Below the pieces are notes generated by a model that had not been told where the DNA came from, did no database searches, and saw only the letters and a program-made list of their open reading frames with translations. A stretch of DNA of 63,305 nt, the filler included, from Choristocarpus tenellus KU-1152 (taxonomy: Eukaryota > Protista > Phaeophyceae), in assembly GCA_964200185.2 (NCBI GenBank). It is 7 parts of 7 records of this genome, joined end to end, with 100 filler letters (N's around TTAATTAATTAA, not from the genome) between each part and the next. Parts side by side here need not be neighbours in the genome. Positions count along the whole stretch, not along the records: positions 38,951 to 63,305 come from CAXNAD020000215.1; 6 more parts are not named here. One strand, 5' to 3'. Made by a program: the position numbers and the translations under genes. Of this stretch, positions 51,257 through 63,305 are shown one piece after another. Numbering within the stretch: the first letter of the stretch is position 1; each line of letters opens with the position of its first letter.

Positions 51257-51576
51257 GGTATTCGTCGTAACCTGGATACCGCCAGGTGGGGTTATTAACC
51301 CCCCTCTCCAACCCCCGAAAATAACAACGGACAGAAGTCGTTGCCTAAACTGTTGGGTCAGCCTCAGGACAACTTCGTGTCTATGTTTCTCAACAACACA
51401 CCAATCTCCCAGATAGTGTATAATAAAGAAAAAAAGTTGGTATGTTTAGTACCGACTGATTAATACCGACCGTCTAGGGAAATTCACGGCTGTGTGTGAA
51501 CCGAACTCTGAAAGGAATGCACGCCAGTTCACTGGCAGGACATATCTCAAGTGGTTGACATAACCCCAGCTTGATC
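51257..51576. promoter_or_regulatory. Putative bidirectional promoter region
   Basis: 320 bp between divergent ATGs at 51256 (-) and 51577 (+). No specific motif was identified. Confidence 0.5.
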
Positions 51577-54355
51577 ATGGTGAGTAACTCTCAATAATAG
51601 CTCCACGTCAGGGCTAATGTCAAGCAGGGAGATCATATACTTGTGCCTGGGGTGCTGGGCATCAAGTTTTGGCTTAATGCCATATGGATGGAGGAGGGAT
51701 TCACTCATCCGTGGTGTTGCCTGTAGGGAGAATGAGAAATGAGACTTTTCTACTTTGGTAGGGCTTGTTGGGAAGATTTTTGTGTATGCTCTCTGAGCGA
51801 TTGAGCACTTCAGCGTTTGCTGACAACATGAGCCCTTTTGAGACGGTAGTTCGAGATGAGACCATCGCTACTGGTCCCTACCCAGCAAAAGGTGCATTGC
51901 TCGATATAAGGTTCAGCTGACGACAAATATCAGTCCACTTGTGGAAACCAAGTTGATGTAAGGCCACCTAGTTGATTGTCGTGCTGCTCTTGTGCCTCCT
52001 AGATCTGCCCTTGCCTCTTTGGTAAGGTTAATCCCTCAATCGTAAAAACGTTGCTCTTCCCCAAACAAAGACTGGTCCCATGAGTATTTTGTCGTAGCAA
52101 CTTATTTTATACCGTAAAGATGTATGCTATCATAACCACGTACCGAGTGAGGTATTCGATCGTGTCAGCAATAGTACTTCTGAAGGCAAGGACCATCCTC
52201 TTGACAACAGTGAATGAGGAACACATACTTTCTTTTCTGGATTCATGAATTTACGATGTCCTTGCAACTGGCAGTAGAATTGACGTAGGTGATCGGTTCT
52301 TCTGAGGCAAAGATTGAAACATCAAATAGTTGATTATCTTATTCTGGTCTGTAAATGATGTGAGGGACAGTTGATCGTAACGGTAGAGATTTGGAGTCAG
52401 CTCTGGTCTAAGAACTGTCGAAATCCATATCCTAGTAATCGTTTCATATTTGAGATTGAGAAGGGGCACCGCTGGAGGCTAGACATTTACCTCTCATTTC
52501 AAGTTTATTTGGCAAAATCTCTTTTTCAGGTTATAAGTTGCGCTGCTTTTGTCGAGACTAGATCCTTTGCTAATTTTGTGTAATTCGTGAGGTAAGATCC
52601 CTTTTTATATGAAATGGTCACTGTTGACATACAAAGAAAATAGCTTGATTGAGGCACTGTAAGGACCAGCAAACTCGGTCACTAAATTACAACCTTGGTT
52701 CGCACCCACAGGGTAAGCGTACGAAGAAGGTGGGCATCACCGGCAAGTATGGGACACGTTATGGGTCATCTCTCCGCAAGGTTATCAAAAAGATCGAGGC
52801 AAGTGACTGGTGTTTTGTGTTGCTGACAAGTGGAAGCATGTTGTCTATCAAGTTGCCTCCTGGAGGTAACTAGGAGTGGAAGTTTTGGGGAGTTCTGGCT
52901 TGGAAATTAATGTTTCAATTAGATTATGTCATTCGATTTTCGAAGCAAGAGGGGTGTGTTTTGGGGCGTTCGATTTTCCAAATTTTGTTTTTAATGAATG
53001 TAACGACATTCAAAAAAGGGGAGTCAATAAGAATTACTTGATTCTGCCAACTGAATGTATCCCAACTGAGTCAAAAAGGACTCCACACCTGTGGGCTGTG
53101 TGCCATGAACTTAAGTGCCACCGAAAACCCAAGAAGGGTCAAACCCTTTGAACTTGGTGGCACCAACTGAAAGCATTTAAGTAGGTAGGGGTTTTACCCT
53201 TCTTGTCTGTTTGGTGCTTGGCTTCCCACAGTTTGTTTACGACATTTTTCGGTTTTCTGTGTATACACAGTTGGCTGAGGTGTATACAACTAGGAAAGTT
53301 GTGTCCAGAACCAGGATAGTGATACTTCCTAATAAACATGATATCAAAATTACATAAAAATTGCAGCATTGAATTATGTATCCCAAACGGTCTCGGCTCT
53401 ACCCTCTTAAATGCTTTGACTCTCCCCCCTCTTGATTAATTTGACTGAAAGAGTGCTCCTGGTAATCAGTAGAACCAACTAAGTCGGTAACATGTTGTAT
53501 CCTCTTGCATAATTGTGTGAATGCCTGCAAGAAATCCGGACCTGCTGGTGCCAACCAATTACTAGTAACATCTACAATAGTGATAGTGTACAAAGTGTCT
53601 TGCAAGGCTCCTCTTGTTCATGCAAGTAATTCAACAATTGGCCAGCATTTTATTTGCCGTCCAACTGTTGCAATGTTTACCACAGTCATGATTATTTTCG
53701 TAGATCCAGTGTTTGCCCTGGCTCACTCAATTGTTTGCACCTTGCGTGTATACATTACAATTTAACTGAACAGATTACCCAACACTCCAAGTACACTTGC
53801 CCCTTCTGTGGGAAGGAAACAACCAAGCGTCAGGTATCTGGGATCTGGAGGTGCTCTGCATGCAAGAAGGTCTCAGCAGGAGGGGCATACACCCTCAAGT
53901 GAGTGTATTCTGTTCAGGAAATTCTAATCCCTCAAACCTAGTACACTGCTCTGTTTTTGTTGATAATTTGGTGTCGATGAACTTGTATGTGATCAAGTCT
54001 GTCACAGGAAGAGTTAATGTAGAGAAACAGATATTTTGTAGATTCTTTTCCTGCCTGGATTGGGGTAACTGTGGTCAACCACACTCCTTACAAAAGGCCA
54101 GAGAACATAATGGTGTGTAAGTATTCTCAAACTGGTTTGAGCGGTTCAATTGTGTTGAGGTAGCCGAATAAACGAGAGCCTGCAGGTTTGCTTTCAGTGT
54201 GTGTGTGTTCATTTCATGCCGCCCTTCCTCTCTGAGCTCAATATCCCTTGTGACTTTTGTCCCTCTTTTTTCTGTCCATTGTCAGCACTCCTGCTGCAGC
54301 AACTGTGCGGTCCACCATTGCACGTCTCCGCAAGTTCCAGATTGAAAATGCCTAA
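51577..54355 (+). CDS. RPL37A: 60S ribosomal protein L37a (eL43), 94 aa; exons 51577-51579, 52712-52798, 53774-53898, 54286-54355
   Basis: M|[29 protein letters not shown]|[14 protein letters not shown]...[16 protein letters not shown]|[15 protein letters not shown]; 285 nt in frame. The ATG-only first coding exon is inferred from ATG|gtgagt; a weaker alternative ATG|gtcact lies at 52614. Confidence 0.95.
53165..53422 (-). mobile_element. MITE family A variant in RPL37A intron 2
   Basis: AAAGCATTTAAGTAGGTAG...CTACCCTCTTAAATGCTTTGACTC; inverted homolog of 6257-6524. Confidence 0.75.
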
Positions 54356-54874
54356 GCTCAGGGGTAGTACGGTATTGATGACTATGATCTTCATCCGCCA
54401 GGGTAAATGAAAGCCACTTGAACCATTTTTAAGTTCTGTCCCTATCTGTGCTGTATCGTGCACAAATTTGGCTTCCTTGATCTGGGATGATGCACTGCAA
54501 CGAATAATTATTTTCATCCTTGTTACATTGTGCGCTTCTGCCGTCCCTACATCACTTGGCCAAGGATATCCAATCTGATCATATGGATTTTACTCACTGA
54601 GCAACTTCCAACGTATCTGCACCTCATGCGTACACTTTACTCTAGATCATGCAATCTTCGTGACTATATTGCAGAATACAATACACTACTAGCAATCCAC
54701 AAATATATTTTAGTGTGGTGTCATTTTGGATTATACAGAATGCTTGAGCCACCTTCAGGAGGTTAAGCCTTGATATCTCTATTATTTTCCCGATTTCTTT
54801 ACAGATGTTTTGTAGTGTATTGGGAGTGTTTACACACCTGTAGAACATCTTTCCCAGCAATCCATGAGCAATGT

Positions 54875-54958
54875 GATTATGGATGATGTTACAGAATACT
54901 TAGGACACCTTCGGAGTGTTTCTGCACAATGAGATGATCTTCTAATTCTGACATAATC
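54875..54958 (+). ncRNA. Box C/D snoRNA, U58/SNORD58-like, copy 1
   Basis: Terminal stem GATTATG/CATAATC, box C ATGATGT, guide CTTAGGACACCT complementary to the conserved LSU rRNA AGGUGUCCUAAG, D' CGGA, box D CTGA. Confidence 0.8.
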
Positions 54959-55073
54959 TCTGCTGCCATTATGGCGTCTGTATTTGGGGTAGTTGCTATG
55001 TTTGGGGTTTATTCAAAGTCTGTAAATCTTGTCCACTGTTGACAGTCCTCATTCAGTATTGGTGCAGTGAGTT

Positions 55074-55157
55074 GATTATGGATGATGTTACAGAATACTT
55101 AGGACACCTTCGGAGTGTTTCTGCACAATGAGAAAATCTTCTAATTCTGACGAAATT
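55074..55157 (+). ncRNA. Box C/D snoRNA, U58/SNORD58-like, copy 2
   Basis: Near-identical to copy 1 from box C to box D (only GATGAT vs GAAAAT differs). The flanks are unrelated and the terminal stem is weaker. Confidence 0.75.
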
Positions 55158-56446
55158 ACCCTAACAATACTATTGTGGTACATCTTACATGACTTCATTT
55201 CTGTCAGGGATCCGAACCCAAAATAGGTTGTGTTCCTTGTAATACCTGTGTGTTTGTAAGTGCTTGAGCACTATGAGAAATTCAATCCAGCACAGTTTCT
55301 GATCATCACTGCTATTGTACATTTATGTGGAAATAATATTTCTTTACGTTTTAATAGTTTCCTGAGTCTGATGCACAGTCTGCGATCAACCACTGGGTTT
55401 TATGGATACGATGAAGTGATTAAATGATGCTACAGAGTAATAGTGACTTTGAAGAGCCTTGCCTTAACAATAAACTTAGTTCAGGCACAAACTCTCTTAT
55501 CGATTTCTCTACAACCCGTCACATAAAACCTGCAATGCACTGGCTCAATTCAGTGTCAACGACCTCTGGGTTGAATGTATGGGTTCAGATGATCGATTGT
55601 GAAGGATGCTATACAATGCTTCAACAAAAATAGACTAAAGTTTAGACAAAATCTCAACCACACGCCTATTCACATTACCTGTTACACACTGCTTAGTTCT
55701 CTATTGGGACAAAATTGCATTGGTGAGTGAATCACTGGTGCTGTGGTAGAATTCTGTTCGGTGGTAAGTTTTCCACAATGAAAAATAGCAAATAAACTTA
55801 TTTTACATGGGTCTTCATTGGTAACCCTGCCTTGCAACTCTAATGTGAAAATACCTCAATACTGCATTGCCCTACGAGTAATCTTGTCTGCCTATGAATT
55901 CACAACACTCTAAAATGGTTAAGGTCAATGTTGAGTGTGCATTATTGTGTTGTGAGAGGTGACTCTTGAATTATCTTTATCAGTTCAACCAATTGAGAAT
56001 AATAACTGATCAGCAAGCTTAAAAAGTTCGGTGATGTGTGTTTTTAGAAATCACAACCAGAAGTAGTTTGACTGAACGGAATATTCCAAGAGTGCAAAAA
56101 ACCATGTAACCTAATCCTCGTGAAAAGGTTTCAATGTCAGCACTCAATATTGATAACATGAAATTATTGAAGTGGTATGAGAACCAGCGGTGGACAAAAA
56201 GAATTGGAGGTAGTCTAAAACACCGAACCAAGGAGTGTGAGGGGTAGAAACAATTGTTAATAATTCTTAAATATTGTTTTCAGGGCTGTTATTAACAACA
56301 GTGATTGGGGATGGCACTCCCTTTAAAAAAGGTGCCAATATATGATACCAAGTCAGTTGTGCGTGCTTACCGGATTATTTTATCAACTACGGTATGGAAG
56401 GTCTCTCCGTTTTTGTAAGTGCTAGGGTTGTGCCTGGTGGATTGCT

Positions 56447-56628
56447 GACGTTGACATGTCTGGGGGGGGTAAGGGCTGTCCATTTGGGGCCCATTTTTCC
56501 CTGTCGCAATTTTTGGGGTAATTTGCTTGCATGCGTTAGACGGATAATGTAAGTACACTTTTCCTTGTCAGGGTCCAAATGGACACCCTGGTGTAGGCCG
56601 CCGCCCCCACCCTCAGATACTTTGAGCC
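56447..56628. mobile_element. MITE family B copy (left end decayed)
   Basis: TCTGGGGGGG...GTCCATTTGG...CCAAATGGAC...CAGATACTTTGAGCC. Confidence 0.75.
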
Positions 56629-57138
56629 AAGCGCTACTCTTCACAAGGAACCTGATGGTGACCCACCGCATTATGGAACATATTTCCGTCACTGAATGTA
56701 CCCTTTGTCACTGTTAATGCAAAATAGTAATTTGTTTTTTGGGGAGTGTCAGCCTTCACTGTCACGATTGTTCTGAATCGTATTAATTTATAGAAAACGG
56801 CTCAAATAAGACAAAATTTCACACATATGGAAGAGTGAGGTTCAGGTTGGGGAGTTTTTTCCTTGACACACCACTGCCCACTCACCAGTTTGATTATGCG
56901 TTGCATGTGTCACCTCATGCATTGCCAGTCCAATGTAGTTATTTTTTTCACTTTGTGAGAACTTGAACATTAACCGTGAATTCCTTAGGTTCATAGCAGT
57001 AGTATTCTTGTAACTGACATAAATGCATGTGATGTTTTCAAACGTGTGGAAAACTGTGTGATTGCCAGTGCTCTTTTTCACCAGACCAGCAAAATAAAAC
57101 AGTCATGTCCTCCAGCCAGACCAGTCCCATAATTATTT

Positions 57139-57312
57139 GACTCAAAGTATCTGGGGGGGTGGTGGCGGCTGTACATTTGGAGACAATTCTTTCGTGTCGC
57201 GATTTTTGGGTGATTTGGTTCCATACGTCGGATGTATAATGAAAGTGCACTTTTCCTGGTTTTGGTCCAAATGGACACTCTGGTGTAGACCCCCCCCCAG
57301 ATACTTTGGGTC
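57139..57312. mobile_element. MITE family B, full copy (174 bp)
   Basis: TIRs GACTCAAAGTATCTGGGGGGG / CCCCCCCAGATACTTTGGGTC. Confidence 0.85.
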
Positions 57313-58991
57313 TCATTTCACTGGAATGCTTGACCTCCACCTCTCAAGTCTCTTGAATCCATATTCAGTATTGAAACATTTTGTTACAGGTTGTTATTAT
57401 TATTATTATTATTACCAACGAGGGAGTTTGTTGGTGGTTCCTTAGGACATGTGTGACTGAATTGTGGTACGTGAGGTATGTGTATGTTATATTGTATGTT
57501 ATATGTGTATGCTATATTGTATGTTATATGTGTATGCTGTATGTGCACTACTCTAGAAGGCGTTTTGGGACGACAGTTTCAACAGTTTCTTTGCAATGTA
57601 TATTCTCAACATTCACGCCCTCCCAAGGAGGTCAACTCCATTTCAGGTGTGGGTGTGGTGTGCTCGGACAAGGTTAGAAGAGGTCTTTCAGCACACAATG
57701 GCCAAAGTCAGCCCTAAGCCTAACCCTAACCTTAGCCTCTGGTAGGGATCATTTAACTATTTAGTATTGTTCTTAGGGTTAGGGTTAGGTCTACTGCGAT
57801 TCTGTTTTAGAGTTAGGGTTACTGGGATTAATGATGTTACTGTAATGTGCTATGTTAGATAATGGTAATAATAATATAAGGGTTTTATGGCTAGGGTTAG
57901 GGTCCTTTTTACGGTAGGGTTACACCATAGCAGTAGATTGTTAGGGTTAGATTTAAAAGAACACAAAAGTATTAAATAAAAAGAAAATCGACGTGTAATG
58001 ATATATATATATATATATTTTTTTTTTATTGAACCGGTGCTACTCAAACAAGAAAAGTTCACTCTACCATTGCGATTTATTTGTATGTGTATATATGTGT
58101 ATATGTGTGTATGTATTCATGTGAGTATGTCGATAGCTGTGATGTTTGTTTTTTGTCTTTTATTGAAGAGGAGTTCATAAATTATTCAGGCAGTATTTGT
58201 ATTTTACAAAGAATAATATTGTCAAGTCCGTTTATTGTTACGTATTTCCTCTTCTGATCATGAGGGTGATCAACACTTTGATGGGCAGGTTGTCAATATT
58301 GTCCACAAGATGGCATCATATTTTTTTTTAGGGAGGGGATGGAGGGGAGTGTTGTAATATCCTCTTGCTTCTTTGGAGGTTTACCCTCAAATCTTGGCAA
58401 TACAGGGTTAGGGTTAGATAACATCTATTCTGCACTGCCTGGTGTCGTTGTCGCAAAAAACGCCTTCCTGGTGATATTTTTCATCTGTGAAAAGTGTTCT
58501 GATTCACACGTAATTGCTCTGAGAAGAGAAAGTACCATTCTTTAATCCTGTTTTGTTTCCATTACTAATATTGTTCTCAATTTATTTTATTTATTGATTG
58601 ATTGGTTTTTGTTCATGTGTACTTGAAGTGTGTTTTTTTTATCTTTTTAACCCCTTATTTCATTTTTTTTAAGCGTTAACTAAGATTTATAATGTGCCTT
58701 ACCTCTAAGTTTTTTGTGTGGTGATGTGTTGATTAATTAATTAATTGATTGATTGATGTATTGATATTAATTAATTGATTGATTGATGTATTGATATTAA
58801 TTAATTGATTGATTGATTGGTTGGTTATTTGGTCGGTGTGACCAATACTTTTTGTTTGTGTCACTGTGGTAGATAATGTACTCATGTACCCATCAGTATC
58901 ACTTACCATACTACAGTGTGGTTCTATTGTTCACTCTGTGACTGACTGTGTTTCTTGTGTGTGTTGCTTGTGTGTTTACGGAGGAGAGTAG

Positions 58992-61166
58992 AAGCTGCTC
59001 AGGGCCCACAATAATGTGATTTCCAAGTCGTGGATTTTCAATGTGCTCCACCCCTTGAGGTCAGTATTGAAGTCAACTCTTCCTTGCAAAATATCTGTAT
59101 TTTGGTAGTGTTAGTAATGGTAGTTAATAGTTGTAGTTAATAATGGTGGTAGTTTTTTTTTCTTCTGGTGAGTGCAGTGTCAGTAGTGCAATGGTTGATT
59201 TGTATGTTGTAGTAAACAGCAAACAAAGATGGTCTGTCAAAAAAAATCTATAGATATTTTTATTTTATTTTGTTTTTCGAGGGTACTTCGTTTTGGTTAG
59301 GTGAAGAACAAGAGTGTTACAACAGTAGAAGATTCTTATTTTTACAAGAATATTATGTTGTAATTACTTTCCTTTTTTCAGTTTAGTGATATTACATACT
59401 GATAGTGATGTTATGTACTAATAGTGATTTTATATACTAATAGTGATATTACATACTGATAGTGATGTTATGTACTAATAGTGATTTTATATACTAATAG
59501 TGATATTACATACTGATAGTGATGTTATGTACTAATGGTGATTTTATATACTAATAGTGATACTACATACTGATAGTGATATTGCAGCAGTTTTCCTCTC
59601 ATATCTTCTGAGACGTGTTGACTTGGTAACTGTGGGTGATGATGTCACTGTCGGTGTAAGGATGTAGTTATCTGATTGGACACTTGACATTACACCACAT
59701 TTCTGTTACACTTGTTTGAAGGGACCTACCATTACGGTTTTATTATTATTATCATTGTTATTTACAGCGTGAGTGCTTGGGTAGAAGCTGACTCTATTTT
59801 ATTTTGAAAGGGTTAGGGTGAAGGGTTGGGCTCTTTTTTGTAGTGTAGTGTACATTTACAGTATGAAGAGTACGTTGCACAATAGGTATTGGTCAAGCCA
59901 AGGGTTAGGGTTGGGTTTAGGGTTAGCATGTTTTCACCACGTTTGTGTTAGGGTTAGGGTTAGCATGTTAAAAATAGATGTGACTTCTGATTTCAAACTC
60001 ACACGCTTGTTCCTAAAGAAAGAAGACAGTTTAAACATTTGTTTCTGCGGTATCTTATCTACATACATACATATATACAATTGTTCTTATTGCAAGATTT
60101 TTACTATAAATTTCTTATTTGCAAACATCGATCTTACGTCCTTTTTCCTTCCAGACAACGACCTGCACTCCCTCTTTCATAACCACGCCTTCCTGTCACC
60201 TCTTCACCCCACCCCACCCCACCCCACCCCACCCTACCCTACCCTCCCCCAACCCCCTCCATAAAAAAACATGCAATTATGTGTGTATTTTCTAATGCCA
60301 TGATGTTTCTGTGCAGGTTTTTTAAGATGTTGAATCGTGCTCAAGTGATTGAGTACCACCTGTTCCGGTCGGTGTTTCAGAGACTTCATCGTTCGACACT
60401 AACGCCAGCTTTTGACTTCTCAAAGTACACAGATGAGATGGTGGACAAGCTCATACTCACCTCCTTTGACTTTGACTGGAAGAGCTGGCTCCTGTCCATT
60501 CTGCTTCTGTTTGTGACCTTGCCCATCACAAGAAACGTGAGCTTGCAGGTTTTTATTTTATTTATTTTATTTTGTTTTGTTTCTTTTTTCTTTTTTTTTA
60601 ATTCCCGGTTGAGGTGGATTTTGGTGCCTGATGGTGTGTTGTGTTGTGTTGTGTGTGTGTTTTTAACCATTTGCTCAGAATGTGTTTTAACTTTTGGTTT
60701 GTGATGATCGATTGGGGTTACAGCGTTAGGTTGCTTTTTTTTTAAGATCTACTTTGCGTATTGGTATATATATAGAGAGAGAGAGAGACTGGCTAACCCT
60801 AACCCTAACCCTATATATAGACTGGTATCAATGGGTGGTGCTGTGAAGCATACAGCACTGGGGGATTCATGAAAGACCTGTGATGTACGTAGGTGATCCT
60901 CAGTACATAGATGGTTCTATTTGGTGTCACATACATACCTACATCTATACACACACGTATATATGTATGTATGTTTTTTTATGCTCACAATATCCTCACA
61001 GGTGGAAGGCAATGCCCAAGTTTCAAGCCATGCTTTGATAATCTATGGGCTAGTCCTGGTGTTGTTAGAACTGATTTGTACAGTGTACATGCAATTTGCC
61101 TACCAACGAGTCAGGCGGAGGATGGGAGTGGAGGGGGGATTCAGAGGCGTGGGGAAAGTTCTTGAG
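58992..61166 (+). CDS. MLO-like membrane protein, internal fragment; exons 58992-59059, 60317-60536, 61002-61166
   Basis: In-frame spliced IEYHLFRSVFQRLH...AFDFSKYTDEMVD...DWKSWLLSILLLFV, then another hydrophobic helix. This matches the MLO pattern Y..LR..FI..H...FDF.KY followed by TM segments. Confidence 0.7.
59384..59583. repeat. 19-bp minisatellite with a 57-bp (3-monomer) higher-order repeat
   Basis: TAGTGATATTACATACTGA / TAGTGATGTTATGTACTAA / TAGTGATTTTATATACTAA cycle about 3.3 times. Confidence 0.9.
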
Positions 61167-61295
61167 GTATGTTATATATTATATGTTGGGTTTACATAGT
61201 GGTGCTATTGTTGTAGAAAATGTACAGAAATTTCTTGAGTGTAGACTTGCGAGAGGGGCATTATTGCAATATATACAGTAGCGACTGTCGTCAGA

Positions 61296-61367
61296 GGCTT
61301 CGTGGTATAATGGTTAGCATTCGCCCCTGTCACGGGTGAGATCCGGGTTCGATTCCCGGCGAGGTCG
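61296..61367 (+). tRNA. tRNA-Asp (GTC)
   Basis: 72-nt cloverleaf: acceptor GGCTTCG/CGAGGTC, A box TGGTATAATGG, anticodon arm CGCCC-CTGTCAC-GGGTG, T arm CCGGG-TTCGATT-CCCGG, discriminator G, TTTT terminator 6 nt downstream. Confidence 0.93.
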
Positions 61368-62951
61368 ACGGAGTTTTACATTTTATCGATATAACTACTA
61401 TTACTATGTTTTCGTTATTTTTATTTTCAAAGGGAGCCACAGGAGTTCCCTGGGCTGTCATCCCATAGCCCCCAGGCTCCTATAGCGTTTAAAACAAGGA
61501 CCAGAGATTCACTATTGGTTGAAATGCGGAATGAAAAGTAACAATGAAATATGCACCATTAATGACTTCATGACGACAGTGCCCAGTCTTGCTAAGGTTT
61601 GTGAATATCACTACTGGTCATAAAAATGGCGTCCAGCAGATAGCAGAAATAATTTTTTCAAGAATTTACACAACACAGTCAAAATAAAGTAAAGATGTTA
61701 GTGACCTACCTTACAAAGAATACAATGTACACAGCAACGAACAACTTAGTGGTGCCAGTCTTGCTAAGGTTTTGTGATACAGTATCACTTGCCATAAACA
61801 AATGATGGGCAATCGACAGTAAAGTAAGGTGAATTTGAAGGTCATGTGTAATGTGCAGTGATGACCAAGCTATGAAGTTTAATGCTCAGTCAGGCGGACT
61901 GACGACTGAGGGTGTACACAGGGATCTCTTAGCTAGTAGTAGCGATCGCTTTAGTTCTGTCAAAGCTTACAGCACACAACCCCCTTCCCACCAAAAACTT
62001 ACATCACATGTTTATACACGTATCATGTCCCGATTGTTGAAATTATTGATACTACGTAGGAAAAAACTAACCTAAAGTCATATTGTCACACAACATAATG
62101 TTTCGATCAAGGTGCACCTTCTCCCATTCCTTGTCGCCCTTCCCAAGAGTCCAATTTGACACAATTTTTCACTATGCTCTTGACGTCATGTTTGCACACC
62201 AAGCTATCATTTTTATATACTATTTTTTCCGTAACAGTCTAAGGGATCCCAGATCCGTAATAGGAAGGTATTCAAACAAAATAGTTCCACGCTGCTTGAG
62301 AGATAGAAGTATAAGAAATTGAGAAATACGTAAAAGCAGGGACAGAATAATAAAAAAATTGAAACGGAACTGTGCATCTACCACAGTAATAAAGAGAGAA
62401 CCTAGCTGTATTCGCTAACACCCAAACCAAATAGCTTGAGTCACATCAGGCCCATCCAATCCAAAAACACCACCCATCGTCACATGTCACACAAAGGAAA
62501 TGAAAGGAAAGTACTAAGAGGGACACAAGAAAAGTCAGCCCAAAAAGAGAAACATAATTAGGAAGCAGATTTCAGCCGACAGTACCGATGGTTGCTTAGA
62601 CTGCTTCAATTATGAGATACATCAGTGATCACAACTTCCTTGGAGGGCCACTCTGCCACGAAGCCCATTGTGCCACCAATCACACACTTGTATATAACCT
62701 GTGCTGGTTGGATACCCTTGTGGTCCATCCCTAAAGCGTGCTCCCAAACTTCTCCAGGTTATGGTGTCATGGAATGTAGCAATAGCATTTTTGTGCACCT
62801 TCACGTTCAATTGGATATTTGTGAAAGGTTTGTTGTATGAATCGACTGTACACCCTTCACAACATTACTACACTGACAACAAAATAGTCTCTGCTCTCTT
62901 AAAATAATGTATGCACGAAGGGGAATCTTTAGGGGAGTTTAAAACACATAA

Positions 62952-63049
62952 GAGTCAAGGTATCTTAGAGGGTAGAGTCCCGTCCGTTTGGGGACCAAAA
63001 TCCAATGTTGAAATTTTGGTGTAATTTTGGCTATCGTGTTTGTTAAGGA
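62952..63049 (+). mobile_element. Truncated MITE family A
   Basis: GAGTCAAGGTATCTTAGAGGGTAG plus the first ~100 bp of the family body. Confidence 0.75.
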
Positions 63050-63305
63050 GGGAGCAGTCAACTATAATTAACAGGAGTGTAAAAGAGAGTAAAATACGTA
63101 ATGGAACCAGACGCGTAACATTTCTGTAGTGCAACAGTCAAATTTATTGGATCTCAGGGAGTATCATAAAAACATTGGGGCATGAGCATGTAATAGTATT
63201 ACATACCATAATCATGGTATGTATTACATAGTATATCATACCCCGTCGTTATATCCCATAACAGGGGATCCTCAAAATTGAGGATGGCGCGGGACTATGA
63301 GGATG

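Noticed and set aside
52350-52420. Possible C/D snoRNA in RPL37A intron 1 (ATGATGT...AGGGACAGT)
   Set aside because: Only about 9 nt of rRNA complementarity, with no convincing box D or terminal stem.
61578-61810. Short direct repeat CCAGTCTTGCTAAGGTTT ~175 bp apart
   Set aside because: A degenerate two-copy duplication with no RNA boxes or other structure evident.

Overview
Eukaryotic nuclear DNA, intron-rich and roughly 40-45% GC by eye. It most likely comes from a photosynthetic stramenopile such as a brown alga; this is an inference from gene style, the ciliary gene BBS9, a brown-algal-type ankyrin C-terminus and TTAGGG motifs. The window is a concatenation of seven contigs joined by artificial 100-nt N-TTAATTAATTAA-N linkers, so adjacency across linkers is not trustworthy. 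Genes reconstructed from splice sites: two ankyrin-repeat genes, a partial BBS9, an orphan multi-pass membrane protein, a partial VPS13, a large chromatin-protein gene (ENT + PHD + AP2 + UHRF1-type PHD + AT-hooks) head-to-head with RPL37A/eL43, and a partial MLO-like gene. RNA genes: tRNA-Asp(GTC) and a tandem pair of U58-like box C/D snoRNAs. Mobile DNA: a decayed Ty1/copia element, CRE-type non-LTR fragments, transposase relics and two abundant related MITE families. Best leads: the ENT-PHD-AP2-PHD-AT-hook architecture, a Sola-like MITE/transposase system, the snoRNA pair and three GC-AG introns. All family assignments come from recalled motifs; no database search was run.
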